Below, piece after piece: positions 48,263-58,369 of a stretch of 64,000 nucleotides of DNA (its first letter is position 1; every line of letters begins with the position of its first letter). The DNA is from Flavobacterium sp. (GTDB lineage: Bacteria > Bacteroidota > Bacteroidia > Flavobacteriales > Flavobacteriaceae). The DNA lies in NCBI RefSeq assembly GCF_027490375.1, contig NZ_JAIXYH010000016.1:31123-95122 (forward strand). The letters are read 5' to 3'. Both the position numbers and the translations under genes were made by a program. Below the pieces are notes generated by a model, which was not told where the DNA came from, ran no database searches, and saw nothing but the letters and a program-made list of their open reading frames with translations.

Positions 48263-48853
48263 TTAGCTTTTTTCTCTGCGCAATTTTTGCATGTTGAATT
48301 TATTTGTGACTGTATAAAATAATCCGACGAAAACCAAAAACACAATGATTTTCAGAAATAAAGAGAGAAACAAATTCGATGGATAAATTCCAATTTCAGA
48401 ATAAACTGCCCATGAACTTGGAAGGTAATCTCTTTGGAAGGAAGTAAATACTATGATCATCCTTTCGATTGATATCGCAAACAGCATGCTAAATAAGATT
48501 CTCAGAAAAACGTTCTTTCTAATGGTTTTGAATCGCAGCAATTGGGTCATTAGGACCCAAATTAAAGGTTGAATCCATATACCAAAACTGTATTTTCCGA
48601 ACATTCTGCTCAGAAGTAACGTTCTGTCTGCTTCATTTAAATTGAACCCTTGTACGAATATTCCCATTAACCAAAGAATCATATAACTAATGCCAATAGA
48701 GGAAATAAATCTGTTTGATTCTTCGTCGACTTTCTCAATTATTTGGTTTTTGATAAAAATGCGAGATATAAAATAGAGGATGGTAACTAATCCAAAAGCG
48801 ATAAAAAAATCCAAATGAATTAATTGTAGGACAAAAAGTACTTCTTCTAACAT
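48263..48853 (-). CDS. Membrane protein (about 6 TM)
   Basis: 196 aa and hydrophobic. I recognised no motif. Confidence 0.55.
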   Translation of the reverse strand: MLEEVLFVLQLIHLDFFIAFGLVTILYFISRIFIKNQIIEKVDEESNRFISSIGISYMILWLMGIFVQGFNLNEADRTLLLSRMFGKYSFGIWIQPLIWVLMTQLLRFKTIRKNVFLRILFSMLFAISIERMIIVFTSFQRDYLPSSWAVYSEIGIYPSNLFLSLFLKIIVFLVFVGLFYTVTNKFNMQKLRREKS

Positions 48854-49026
48854 TTTGTTGTGTTATAGATTCTTACGTTGCGATTAATCATTAACGATAT
48901 CAATTGTTTCTTACCGGTAGCTGCTGATTACTGGACTGTTTACGTATATCAGCGTCAGCCTAAAAGTAGTAAAAAAACTTAAATATAAATCAGATTACTT
49001 CAAGCGGTTCGTTATTACAATTACTT

Positions 49027-49623
49027 CTATTTTATCAAGCTTTCGACTTCGTTGATTAAATTGACTAACTTCTGTATTTCCTCATAACCAGCATTTTTTT
49101 GTTCCATTTGATATAGCGCATCGTACGTTGAAAAATATGTGCTTTTATTTCCTTGAATAATTTCAAAACTTTCCTCTACACCGTCGCTTCTGCTGCTGTA
49201 TTTCAAAACTGTTCCATCTTCAAACTTTATTCTATCAATATTTAGTTTGTTTTTATCGATGTCAAGTTTGTTTTCCGCTGCAATTGATTGAAGAAATTCC
49301 CAGTACTCTGCAATCTGTTCTTTCCTAATGCTCTTTTTGCTAATTTTTATTCTTTTCAGGCTATCGTTCGGGAAAAACACATTGAATTTCTTTACGGTTC
49401 CATCATTTTGGAAAACTATTAAATGTGTATGAATTCCACCGGACCAATAACTTTTAAAACCAATTTTAATTATTAACGAATTTTCATCTTTTAAATTTAA
49501 CAGATTGACATATGAGTTTTGTTTCTCAGCTAGCTCCTTAAAATCAATTTTGGGAATTGGAGATTTTTGTGAAAAGCAAACGAAGTTTACTAATAGTAAT
49601 GCGATAAAGATTATATTCTTCAT
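49027..49623 (-). CDS. Secreted hypothetical protein
   Basis: It has a signal peptide (MKNIIFIALLLVNFVCFSQ) and is 198 aa. Confidence 0.6.
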   Translation of the reverse strand: MKNIIFIALLLVNFVCFSQKSPIPKIDFKELAEKQNSYVNLLNLKDENSLIIKIGFKSYWSGGIHTHLIVFQNDGTVKKFNVFFPNDSLKRIKISKKSIRKEQIAEYWEFLQSIAAENKLDIDKNKLNIDRIKFEDGTVLKYSSRSDGVEESFEIIQGNKSTYFSTYDALYQMEQKNAGYEEIQKLVNLINEVESLIK

Positions 49624-49899
49624 TTAATTTTCTTGTTTTCTGTTCAGTTTTTTGTAGCTCACTACAAGTGGAAAACCCAACAATCGGCATTGTGCTCCAG
49701 ATTTTAATATTACTAAAAATAGGAGTAAATTCTTTAGTATCGTCTTTTAAAAATTACTTTTTATTTGGCATTGTTGCAAAAGTGGGATTAACAATTATTG
49801 CGTTTATTCTACTGATGACAGTTAATTTTCGGTCTAGCATTTTAGCTGATTGATTTCACTTCTCGCCTATTAAAACGCGCTGATTACTGCTATTTTTCC

Positions 49900-50060
49900 A
49901 CTAAACGTTAGTAACGTATGCCCTAGCCCCGGTTGCAGCGGCAGCCCGGAGGAACAGACGCTTGTTTGAATTGGGCTAGAAACGGCGACCCAAGAAGCCG
50001 GGTATAGCGCAATGAAAACCGCGTATTTTACGAGGACTACAGCGGAAAACGGGAAGAGCT
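49900..50060 (-). ncRNA. Core copy C of the structured repeat element (inverted orientation)
   Basis: The reverse complement begins GAAGCTCTTCCCGTTTTCCGCTGTAGTCCTCGTAAAA, nearly identical to copy B. Its apical part reads CGGC TTCTTGGGTC GCCG. It ends GGGCTGCCGCTGCAACCGGGGCTAGGGCATACGTTACTAACG. Confidence 0.6.
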
Positions 50061-50168
50061 TCAAAAAAATGAGTGCCTAATTATGTTACCTGCGTTTACT
50101 GTTAATACGAATTTTGTTTTGCAAAAACAGCTTACAACTTTTTACATTTGATGAAACGATGAGAGTTT

Positions 50169-50636
50169 ATGCGGTATCTTCTTCAAAAATTTGATAGTGG
50201 CATGCACTACTTTAGGGTAGAAGCAGCTGCGGTTGCTCCGCTTTTAGAACACGGAAATAATCGCGTTATCTGTACAATTAATGGAACGGAATCGTTTCAC
50301 TGCGCTATTTTGCCTAAGAAAGACGGTAGTTTTTTTGTGAATGTAGGCTCGAGAATTTGCAAAAAGCTCCAGGTTGGTGTGGGAAGTAGTATTGAAGTTG
50401 TTTTTGAAATAGACCGCACTGAAAATCAGTTTGCTGTTCCAGAAGAATGGACGGCGGTATTAGCATCCGACCACGAGGCTGCTGTCATTTTTAACGGATT
50501 AAGCGCTGGAAATAAGCGTAGCTTGCTGTACTTGGTTGCTCAGGTGAAATCGTCCGAAAAACGCATCGAACGCGCGTTAAAAATCGCCGAAAAAATAAAA
50601 GCAGGAATTAGCTCGGCGCGAATCATCTTGAAATAG
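50169..50636 (+). CDS. DUF1905 + YdeI/OmpD-associated family protein
   Basis: 155 aa. It has a beta-rich N-terminal half and a C-terminal 'LSAGNKRSLLYLVAQVKSSEKRIERALKI' pattern. Confidence 0.6.
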   Translation: MRYLLQKFDSGMHYFRVEAAAVAPLLEHGNNRVICTINGTESFHCAILPKKDGSFFVNVGSRICKKLQVGVGSSIEVVFEIDRTENQFAVPEEWTAVLASDHEAAVIFNGLSAGNKRSLLYLVAQVKSSEKRIERALKIAEKIKAGISSARIILK

Positions 50637-50674
50637 CAAGCGTTAACAATAAAGCGCCACATGTAGATAAGAAA

Positions 50675-50714
50675 AAAGGTGAAATCGAAAATTCGTTTCA
50701 CCTTTCATTTTTTC
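50675..50714. terminator. Bidirectional hairpin terminator
   Basis: The stem is AAAGGTGAAA (50675-50684) / TTTCACCTTT (50696-50705). It is followed by a T-run on the + strand and preceded by an A-run. It lies between convergent genes. Confidence 0.7.
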
Positions 50715-50733
50715 AGATTTTCTGCTTAAAGAA

Positions 50734-51423
50734 TTAATATTCAATCAAATATGTCGCTTGAATATTAACAATGATTTCCATTTCTCCCGCGGCCAACGAC
50801 TGGGTAGCATCTGCCATTGAATTTTCTGCCATCGCATAAATTTGTTTGGTAAACTGAGTGGGTACGTAATCGCTCGACATGTCGGTGATGTTAAACACTT
50901 TGCCTAATTTCACTTCGGATGCAGCGGCAAGTTCGGCAGCTTTTTTCTTAGCACTTTCAACGGCCAATTTACGTGCTTCTGATTTTTTCTGTTCGGCTAC
51001 AGACGATTTCAATTGCACATTATCGATAGCATTTACTCCCTTTTCTGTCAAACCCTCTACAATTTTGTCGTAGCTGTCAATTTTCTTTAACAGAACTGTA
51101 ATTTGCTGACGTGCCACGTAATTCGATTTCTTGCGTTCAAATAGAAATTGGTCGTTCAAATAAACACGTTCGGTTTGAATATCGTTTGAAGAAATGCCTT
51201 GTGAGGTCAAGTATTTCAAAACTGCATCTACTTTTTGCATATTTGATTTTTGGACTTCGTTTGCTTTCGAACCGGAAGTTTCCACAGCGAAAGTAAGTTC
51301 GACCTGATCGGGAACCACGCGTACTTTCCCAAGACCTGTAACATAGATTATTGGTTTACTTTCGATCTGCGACCAGCCGAAACTACTAATTAACAACAAT
51401 ACCCATACGATTTTTGATTTCAT
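50734..51423 (-). CDS. SIMPL-domain (DUF541) periplasmic protein
   Basis: It has a signal peptide. It contains 'GLGKVRVVPDQVELTFAVE' and the C-terminal motif 'AGEMEIIVNIQATYLI'. Confidence 0.75.
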   Translation of the reverse strand: MKSKIVWVLLLISSFGWSQIESKPIIYVTGLGKVRVVPDQVELTFAVETSGSKANEVQKSNMQKVDAVLKYLTSQGISSNDIQTERVYLNDQFLFERKKSNYVARQQITVLLKKIDSYDKIVEGLTEKGVNAIDNVQLKSSVAEQKKSEARKLAVESAKKKAAELAAASEVKLGKVFNITDMSSDYVPTQFTKQIYAMAENSMADATQSLAAGEMEIIVNIQATYLIEY

Positions 51424-51472
51424 GATTATTTAGTTTATTGATTATTCGTGAGCGTAGGCAAAGAGCGTGCCA

Positions 51473-52114
51473 TCATTTTTTGAAACCGAAATGATAGATT
51501 CCTAAAACCAAAAATGCAGCGGCAGGTACCAAGGTGTAAGGTAGCGCAGCCAGGAAAGTGGTTTTGTATGAGATTGCGGTGAATAAATAGCCTGCTGCGG
51601 CTCCGCCTAAATGTGCGGTATGCCCAATATTATCGTTTGCTGCTTTTATGCCATACAAACTATACAAAAGAAAAATCAGTCCAAAAATATACGCGGGAAT
51701 ATCAAAAGGAATTGGGAAAATCTTAATTTCCTGTTGCGGATCGAAAATCACCGATCCAAAAACTATAGCTGAAACTGCTCCTGAAGCGCCTAAGGCACGA
51801 TAGGATAAATTGTTTTGATACAGAACAAGCGTGAGCAAATTACCCGCAAAAAGTCCGACAAAATAAATGACGACAAAAAACAGCGCTGAACTGGCACTAA
51901 TAAATTGACTCCCAAAAAGGAACAAGGCATACATGTTAAAAACCAAGTGAAATATATCGCCGTGAATAAAACCAGAGGTGAGCATCCGGAATTGTTCGCC
52001 GCTTCGTATTCTTTGAATATCAAACAAAAACTTGGATTTCAAATTATCATTAGAAAAAGCGGCAAAGCTTACTAAAACAGTAACTAAAATTAGGGCAAGA
52101 AGTACAATTGGCAT
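51473..52114 (-). CDS. Rhomboid-family intramembrane serine protease
   Basis: It has GASGAV (the catalytic Ser region), the 'HLGGAAAG' His region, and six TM segments. Confidence 0.8.
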   Translation of the reverse strand: MPIVLLALILVTVLVSFAAFSNDNLKSKFLFDIQRIRSGEQFRMLTSGFIHGDIFHLVFNMYALFLFGSQFISASSALFFVVIYFVGLFAGNLLTLVLYQNNLSYRALGASGAVSAIVFGSVIFDPQQEIKIFPIPFDIPAYIFGLIFLLYSLYGIKAANDNIGHTAHLGGAAAGYLFTAISYKTTFLAALPYTLVPAAAFLVLGIYHFGFKK

Positions 52115-52516
52115 TGCTGAAATTTATTGCCGAAAGTAATTAAAAACAACTGAAAACGATTGCTAAAACCTTGAACTTGCTAAACAGATCGAATTATTTC
52201 GAAGTCCGAAAAAGGAACGAACCTGTTTAGCGCAGCTAGTAATTAAGCTCCTACTACTATCCATGTAGTATAAATTGTATCGAGGAAAATTCATCCCTTA
52301 GTTAGAAATTTCAATGGATTGACGGAGGTGTAGCCGTTTCTGGTCGACATAGCTGAGTGGATCGTTGTTCGCTTAATTGGCAACTGTTAAACAACATTAC
52401 GTAAATAACTGAATTTCATCTATATAACCATCTTACATGCACAGCTAATATGAACTCTATACTGAAAAACAAACTCATGTTTTGATAAAGCCGTATATTT
52501 GCTAAAAATTTTGTTC

Positions 52517-53428
52517 ATGCAATTACTTGCGTATTGCTTGGCATATCCACTACTCTGGGTAGTATCCAAATTACCGTTTCGGGTGTTTTATGCCTTGTCT
52601 GATTTTATATACTTTTTGGTATACCGCATTTTAGGTTATCGAAAGGCAACCGTTCGCAAAAACCTAGCGCTAACGCTACCGCATAAATCGGAAGCAGAAC
52701 GACGTATCATTGAAAAGGAATTTTTCAAGCATATGTGCGATATGTTTATGGAAATGGTAAAATCCATGAGTATCAGCGATGAAGAAATGAAACGTCGTTT
52801 TACTTTCACCAATCTAGAACTTGCAACAGAGTACGAAAAGCGCGGTAAGAGTATTATTTTGATGTGCGCACATTACGCAAGTTGGGAATGGTTGATGGTT
52901 ATGTCGAACTACGTCACGTTTGAGAGCTACGCCATTTACAAAAAAATTGGCAACCGTTATTTTGATTCTTTGGTTCAGAAAATTCGAGGTCGACACAACG
53001 CTAAGTTAATCGAATCGAAAAGTTCGATTGAGACTATGGAGCAACACAAGAAAAGTGGCATGAAAGCTTTTTACGGTTTTGCTTCTGACCAGTCGCCGCA
53101 ATTGACAAAAGCAAAATATTGGGATACTTTTATGGGAATTGAAGTACCTGTGTACACGGGTGCCGAAATGCTCGCTAAGCGACTCGATATGAATATGTTA
53201 TTTGTAAAAGTCGAAAAGGTAAAAAGAGGCTATTATCAGGCCACGCTCGTTCCTTTGGTTGAAGAGCCTAAGGATGTGCCGGATTATGAAATCACAGGTT
53301 TGTATTTGCGCGAAGTTGAAAGGCAAATTTTACAGAAGCCTGAACATTATTTTTGGACGCACAAGCGTTGGAAACACATCGGGAAGAAAAAACTTCCTTC
53401 AAGGAAAAGCACAACAACACACGCATAA
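52517..53428 (+). CDS. LpxL/HtrB-type lipid A (lysophospholipid) acyltransferase
   Basis: It has the 'LPFRVFYALSDFIYFLVY' N-terminal anchor and the HX4E motif 'AHYASWEW'. The start was trimmed to the ATG at 52517. Confidence 0.8.
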   Translation: MQLLAYCLAYPLLWVVSKLPFRVFYALSDFIYFLVYRILGYRKATVRKNLALTLPHKSEAERRIIEKEFFKHMCDMFMEMVKSMSISDEEMKRRFTFTNLELATEYEKRGKSIILMCAHYASWEWLMVMSNYVTFESYAIYKKIGNRYFDSLVQKIRGRHNAKLIESKSSIETMEQHKKSGMKAFYGFASDQSPQLTKAKYWDTFMGIEVPVYTGAEMLAKRLDMNMLFVKVEKVKRGYYQATLVPLVEEPKDVPDYEITGLYLREVERQILQKPEHYFWTHKRWKHIGKKKLPSRKSTTTHA

Positions 53429-53530
53429 ATAAGCAGTGTTTTCTTGTTAATTTCATCTAAAAATGAGGCTTTGAGCGCAGATATCTAGTAAATACAAGTA
53501 TTTTTACGCTTGTTTCGCAAATGAAAATAT

Positions 53531-54112
53531 ATGGCTATGAAAGTGTACGTGAAATTTGATATTAACGCCTTGTGTCGGAAGATACTTCAGGAACAACTCG
53601 ATGCTTCCGGAATTAAATATCGGATTATAGCGTTTGGCGAAGTTGAAATTTTAGATAAACTTCCTGCTGAAAAGCAGCGAAAACTCGAAGAGCAACTCGG
53701 CGAATACGGCATTCAAATTGTTGAAAATCAAAAAAACATTTTGGTGCAACGCATCAAAGATGCCATAGTTGAAATGGTTAATCAGGAAGAAAATCAACCA
53801 AATTTAAAAAGTTCGGTTTATTTAGCTGAAAAACTTAATCACAGTTATAACTATATCTCAAACCTGTTTTCGGAAGTCACCTACTCTTCTATCGAAAGCT
53901 TCATAATTCTGCAAAAAATTGAACGTGCCAAGCAACTGATTCTAACGAATGAGCTTACCTTTACAGAAATTTCATACAAATTAAATTACTGTAATGTTGC
54001 ACATTTCAGTACGCAGTTTAAAAACACTACCGGAATAACACCTTCGGCATTTCAACGGATTATCAAGAAAAGGCGCGAGTTGCAAGTACAAGAACAAATT
54101 CAGAACAATTAA
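53531..54112 (+). CDS. AraC-family transcriptional regulator
   Basis: It has C-terminal HTH pairs ('LAEKLNHSYNYISNLF', 'ISYKLNYCNVAHFSTQFKNTTGITPSAFQ'). Confidence 0.85.
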   Translation: MAMKVYVKFDINALCRKILQEQLDASGIKYRIIAFGEVEILDKLPAEKQRKLEEQLGEYGIQIVENQKNILVQRIKDAIVEMVNQEENQPNLKSSVYLAEKLNHSYNYISNLFSEVTYSSIESFIILQKIERAKQLILTNELTFTEISYKLNYCNVAHFSTQFKNTTGITPSAFQRIIKKRRELQVQEQIQNN

Positions 54113-54136
54113 GAACTCTAAGATTTCCCCAAAATC

Positions 54137-54583
54137 ATGAACAACGATCTCATTCACGTTTGCCTTGCCGATGATGACGCCGACGACCGGCTTTTTTTCA
54201 CGGAAGCCTTCGAATCGATAAAAATCAAAACTGCAATCACCGTAGTTAATGACGGCGTGGAGTTAATGGACTTTTTAAACAACGACGAAAATTCAAAACC
54301 ACACATATTGTTTCTGGATTTGAATATGCCGCGAAAATCGGGTATGGAATGTTTGTCGGAAATTAAACAAGACAGCCGATTCAACAACATAGCCGTAGCT
54401 ATTTACTCTACTTCTGCCTCTGAGCGCGATATTGAAGATGCCTTTGTTAAAGGAGCTAACGTGTACATCCGTAAACCAAACGATTTCGAAGAATTAAAAC
54501 GCATTCTAAATGAAGTCATCGCACTAAATTGGCAATATCACACCAGCGGATTAAACAGGGAAAACTTTGTACTAAGTATTTAA
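54137..54583 (+). CDS. Stand-alone response-regulator receiver protein
   Basis: It has the acidic pocket 'LADDDADD', the phospho-acceptor region 'ILFLDLNMP', and 'YIRKP'. Confidence 0.85.
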   Translation: MNNDLIHVCLADDDADDRLFFTEAFESIKIKTAITVVNDGVELMDFLNNDENSKPHILFLDLNMPRKSGMECLSEIKQDSRFNNIAVAIYSTSASERDIEDAFVKGANVYIRKPNDFEELKRILNEVIALNWQYHTSGLNRENFVLSI

Positions 54584-54638
54584 AATTCGTCGATTTTACC
54601 TCTTTTTGAAACCGGTATCCATATTCTAAACGAATTGG

Positions 54639-55457
54639 TTACGACTTTGCTTTCGGCGAACTAAATCTGCGCAACTCATTTAAAGCCTCAGCTGCTTCAA
54701 GCTCTTCGGCGGGAATGACTTTCAAAAACGACGGATGTTGCTCAATAGCGTATTCAATTTTCTCTACAATCGATTCAATCGACTCGTTTTCGTAATCAAT
54801 TTCCAAAGGTTCTTTTATAATCATCGATTGCAAAATCCCTTTCTTTTTCATACGTAAACCTTTCTTATCGAACGAACGGCGAAATCCGTCGATGACAATC
54901 GGAACTACAATTGGTTTGTGCTCTTTGATGATGTGCGCTGTACCTTTTCGAACGGGTTTGAACGATTTTGTGGTGCCTTGCGGAAAGGTAATTACCCATC
55001 CGTCTTGCAAAGCAACTTTGATGTTTTCGGTATCATTCGGATTCACTTCACGCTGAATATCTTTTCCTTTTGCACGCCAGGTTCGTTCTACAGTAATTGC
55101 ACCCACGTAGGCCATCATGCGCGGAAGAATCCCCGAATGCATCGTTTCTTTAGCTGCAACGTAGTAGATGTTGAGCTTAGGGTTCCACAAATAACCAATA
55201 TTTCGGATGTGATCTACCCGACCGTGTAAAGCAGCGTTAAAAACGTGAAACATGGCCACGACATCGGCAAAGTAAGTTTGGTGATTGGAGATAAATAAAA
55301 CGTTTTGTGCAGGTAAGGCACGAATAATCTCCGAACCGTCGATTTGCAATTCGTTAAATCCGCGATAACGGCGGTGTGTTGCGGCGCCAAAAATGCGAAT
55401 CAGCCATTTTTTGATAAATAAAATATGTCCGAACGGATTTCTTTTAAATAGTCCCAT
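54639..55457 (-). CDS. PlsC-like glycerolipid acyltransferase
   Basis: It has the 'FISNHQTYFAD' and 'FPQGTT' acyltransferase blocks. Confidence 0.75.
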   Translation of the reverse strand: MGLFKRNPFGHILFIKKWLIRIFGAATHRRYRGFNELQIDGSEIIRALPAQNVLFISNHQTYFADVVAMFHVFNAALHGRVDHIRNIGYLWNPKLNIYYVAAKETMHSGILPRMMAYVGAITVERTWRAKGKDIQREVNPNDTENIKVALQDGWVITFPQGTTKSFKPVRKGTAHIIKEHKPIVVPIVIDGFRRSFDKKGLRMKKKGILQSMIIKEPLEIDYENESIESIVEKIEYAIEQHPSFLKVIPAEELEAAEALNELRRFSSPKAKS

Positions 55458-55471
55458 GCGCCAAACATAAA

Positions 55472-56131
55472 TTAAATTTGACTAATTGCCGAATTTCGTG
55501 CCAACAATAACATTTGTTTCACTTCTGCTAACATCATCGCAGTAGCGCCCCAAACCGTGTGTTGCCCGAAGGTAAAGACTTTAGTTTTGATCTTGAAATT
55601 GTAGGCGGTATCGATATCCATTGTGGAAACGGCTTTATCGTCTAGCAGTACGGATAGTGGTAATGGAACAATGGCGGCCACTTCACGCGGATTTGGGGTG
55701 AATTCGAGATAATCGCTGGTAACAAATAAATACGGATGTACTTCAAAATTACTTGGCGGAACGTAAAGCGGCGTTAGTCCTCGTACAAAATGCTGTTCCG
55801 TAAGTGTTATTCCTATTTCTTCTTGCGTTTCACGCACAGCGGTTTCATAGAAATTTGCATCGGATAATTCCTTTTTTCCTCCTGGAAAAGCAAGTTGTCC
55901 GGAATGCACACCTTCGTATTCTGATCGTTGAATCAAAGTTATTGTTTCCTGATTTTGGTGTGTAGAAACAATTACTGAAACGGCGGCGTAACGTTTTTGA
56001 ATGGCTTTTTGCGCAGCTAATTCCAACGCTTGCTTTCGATCAGCTGGAGCCATATTAAGTTGCGCATCCAAGCCCGGAAGATCAAGAGATTTTATATGCG
56101 GAACTAGCTCACTAAATGCTATTTTTGCCAT
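55472..56131 (-). CDS. NUDIX hydrolase (CoA pyrophosphatase-like)
   Basis: It has the Nudix box 'GGKKELSDANFYETAVRETQEEIGI'. Confidence 0.8.
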   Translation of the reverse strand: MAKIAFSELVPHIKSLDLPGLDAQLNMAPADRKQALELAAQKAIQKRYAAVSVIVSTHQNQETITLIQRSEYEGVHSGQLAFPGGKKELSDANFYETAVRETQEEIGITLTEQHFVRGLTPLYVPPSNFEVHPYLFVTSDYLEFTPNPREVAAIVPLPLSVLLDDKAVSTMDIDTAYNFKIKTKVFTFGQHTVWGATAMMLAEVKQMLLLARNSAISQI

Positions 56132-56145
56132 GAAAATTACCGTTT

Positions 56146-56583
56146 GTGTATAGTAAAAAAGAAAAAGCCCAGCTTATTACCGATTTTTGGACCGCTTTCG
56201 CAGAAGCATATCCACACAAGTGGCTGCTTTACGATACCAAAATTAAAGATTTACAACTCAAGTTCGATGTTCAAAATTCGGGGGTTCGCATTATTTTAGA
56301 AGTGGGTATGCGCCACGAGGAAACACGAATTAAGTATTTCGAACAGCTGCAGGCGATGCGCGTACTTTTCCTTGAGTTTTTTCCAGAGATTTTTTTCGAA
56401 CGAAATTTTACTTTAGAATCTGGGAAAATAGTGAGCATCGTACATACTAAAACATTAGAACGCAATTTCTTCAACAAGAATTATTGGCCCGAAATCTTCG
56501 ACTTTATGGCTTCGAAAATGCTGCTTATGGAACAATTTTTCCTGGAATACGCCGATATTATTCGCCAGGCTACAGCCGAATAA
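56146..56583 (+). CDS. DUF4268-family protein
   Basis: It has a GTG start. 'MYSKKEKAQLITDFWTAFAE' matches the usual N-terminus of this family (from memory). Confidence 0.6.
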   Translation: MYSKKEKAQLITDFWTAFAEAYPHKWLLYDTKIKDLQLKFDVQNSGVRIILEVGMRHEETRIKYFEQLQAMRVLFLEFFPEIFFERNFTLESGKIVSIVHTKTLERNFFNKNYWPEIFDFMASKMLLMEQFFLEYADIIRQATAE

Positions 56584-56588
56584 ATTAC

Positions 56589-57545
56589 TTAACCAATTGT
56601 TTTTAAATAATTTAAAACATTGGTTTCAATGCGCTCTGCCAAGTTAGTAACTGGTGCTTTAACGAATTTTTCACCTAAAATTTGTTCGTAAAGTAAGGCG
56701 TATCGTTCTGTAACCGTGTCGATGTATGCGTCGGTTAATTCTGGAATCGATTGCCCTTCTTTACCTTGAAATCCGTTTGCAATAAGCCATTGACGAACAA
56801 ATTCTTTGCTTAACTGTTGTTGCGGTTCGCTTTTATCTTGACGTTCTTGGTAGCCATCGGCATAAAAATAGCGGGAAGAATCGGGCGTATGAATTTCATC
56901 AATCAGAACAATGGTTCCGTCGGCTTTTTTTCCAAACTCATATTTAGTATCAACCAGTAGCAAGCCGCGTTCGGCCGCCATTTCAGTTCCACGTGCGTAA
57001 AGTTTAAACGTGTAGTCTTTAAGAATTTCCCAATCTGCTTTCGATACTATGCCTTGAGCTAAGATTTCTTCTTCAGAGATATCTTCGTCGTGCGAACCGG
57101 AAGCAGCTTTTGTTGTTGGCGTAATGATGGGTTGCGGAAGTTTATCGTTTTCTTTCAAACCTTCGGGCAAAGCTACACCACAAAGTAAACGCTTTCCGGC
57201 AGCGTATTCGCGAGCGGCATGTCCAGCCAAATAGCCACGAATAACCATTTCCACTTTAAAAGGCTCGCATTTTACGCCAATACTTACGTTCGGATCTGGT
57301 GAAGCTAGCAACCAATTCGGCACTAAATCGGCTGTGCTTTCCATGAATTTCTTCGCAAATTGATTGAGCATTTGTCCTTTGTAAGGAATTCCTTTCGGAA
57401 GCACCACATCGAAAGCGGATAGTCGGTCGGTGGCGATCATGACCAGTAAATCGTTGCCAATGCTGTAAACATCTCGAACCTTTCCTTTGTAAAATGCGGT
57501 TTGGTTTGGAAACTGAAAAAAAGTTGCCGTAATTGTAGTTGACAT
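56589..57545 (-). CDS. purC: Phosphoribosylaminoimidazole-succinocarboxamide synthase
   Basis: It reads '[10 protein letters not shown]...[16 protein letters not shown]...[11 protein letters not shown]', the long-form PurC sequence. Confidence 0.93.
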   Translation of the reverse strand: MSTTITATFFQFPNQTAFYKGKVRDVYSIGNDLLVMIATDRLSAFDVVLPKGIPYKGQMLNQFAKKFMESTADLVPNWLLASPDPNVSIGVKCEPFKVEMVIRGYLAGHAAREYAAGKRLLCGVALPEGLKENDKLPQPIITPTTKAASGSHDEDISEEEILAQGIVSKADWEILKDYTFKLYARGTEMAAERGLLLVDTKYEFGKKADGTIVLIDEIHTPDSSRYFYADGYQERQDKSEPQQQLSKEFVRQWLIANGFQGKEGQSIPELTDAYIDTVTERYALLYEQILGEKFVKAPVTNLAERIETNVLNYLKTIG

Positions 57546-58045
57546 GTGTGTGTAGTTAGATGCGCAAAAGTATTACGTTCGGTTTGAACCGTCAAATGAA
57601 AATAGAATTCATTCGTAATTTTTAAAGAAATAGCTTCTAAAAACAATTATTCATCAGGCATTCTAATCTCTGTTCCTTTAATTTCAAGCAAAGTCCAAAA
57701 AAAAGCTTGACTGCAAACTTTTTTTGACGACTTCTCTTGCATCAGTTAGTGGATTTTTTCGGCCTTACAAGACAACACTACAGCGATCGGCAGAAATGAC
57801 AACCAAGGAAAACGAAAAGCGATCGGATTTACGCTAATGTTCTAAAGAGAGAAACTTCATTCTTTAAAAAAATAACTAAATGCCGATCGCTATAAAACGT
57901 GAACTGGATTTTACACGCAACAAAACGAATTCGTCTCAATTCCAAAGCTGTGAAACCGATTTTAGAAAACTTCCCCGAAAGGATCATTAAACTTCAGTTT
58001 TTTTCGTTCTCGAGAAAAAATTTACTTCAAAACCAGAGCGCGATA

Positions 58046-58171
58046 TTACTCAGATTTACCCGCTTTATCTTTCTCTTGCTTTTTAACAGACTTTGCAGCC
58101 TTTTTTTCTTTTGCGGTACTTGCCGGAGCAGTTTTATCCGATTTTTTCTTTCCTTCCTTCTGCCTCGCCAT
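58046..58171 (-). CDS. Possible 41-aa Lys-rich disordered protein
   Basis: It reads MARQKEGKKKSDKTAPASTAKEKKAAKSVKKQEKDKAGKSE. The start was trimmed from tracked ORF 58046..58255. It is low complexity, so the call is uncertain. Confidence 0.3.
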   Translation of the reverse strand: MARQKEGKKKSDKTAPASTAKEKKAAKSVKKQEKDKAGKSE

Positions 58172-58369
58172 GGTATTTATATTTACAAATCGGAAGTAAG
58201 TTTCCAATTCTTTGTAAGGTACGATCTTTTCAACGAAATAAGTAACAAAAAACACTAAATATCATTATTTCAATATTTTACGCCAGATGTAAAGGACTTT
58301 TTGACGACGCAATATACTGGTTTACCGGCCATATATAAAACTATGCTTACCAAAGTTTTTTATCGAGCT

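Noticed and set aside
49668-49853. 61-aa GTG-initiated hydrophobic ORF on the plus strand
   Set aside because: It is an isolated opposite-strand ORF in the AT-rich spacer upstream of the minus-strand array. It has no ATG and no support beyond hydrophobicity, which AT/T-rich sequence produces readily.
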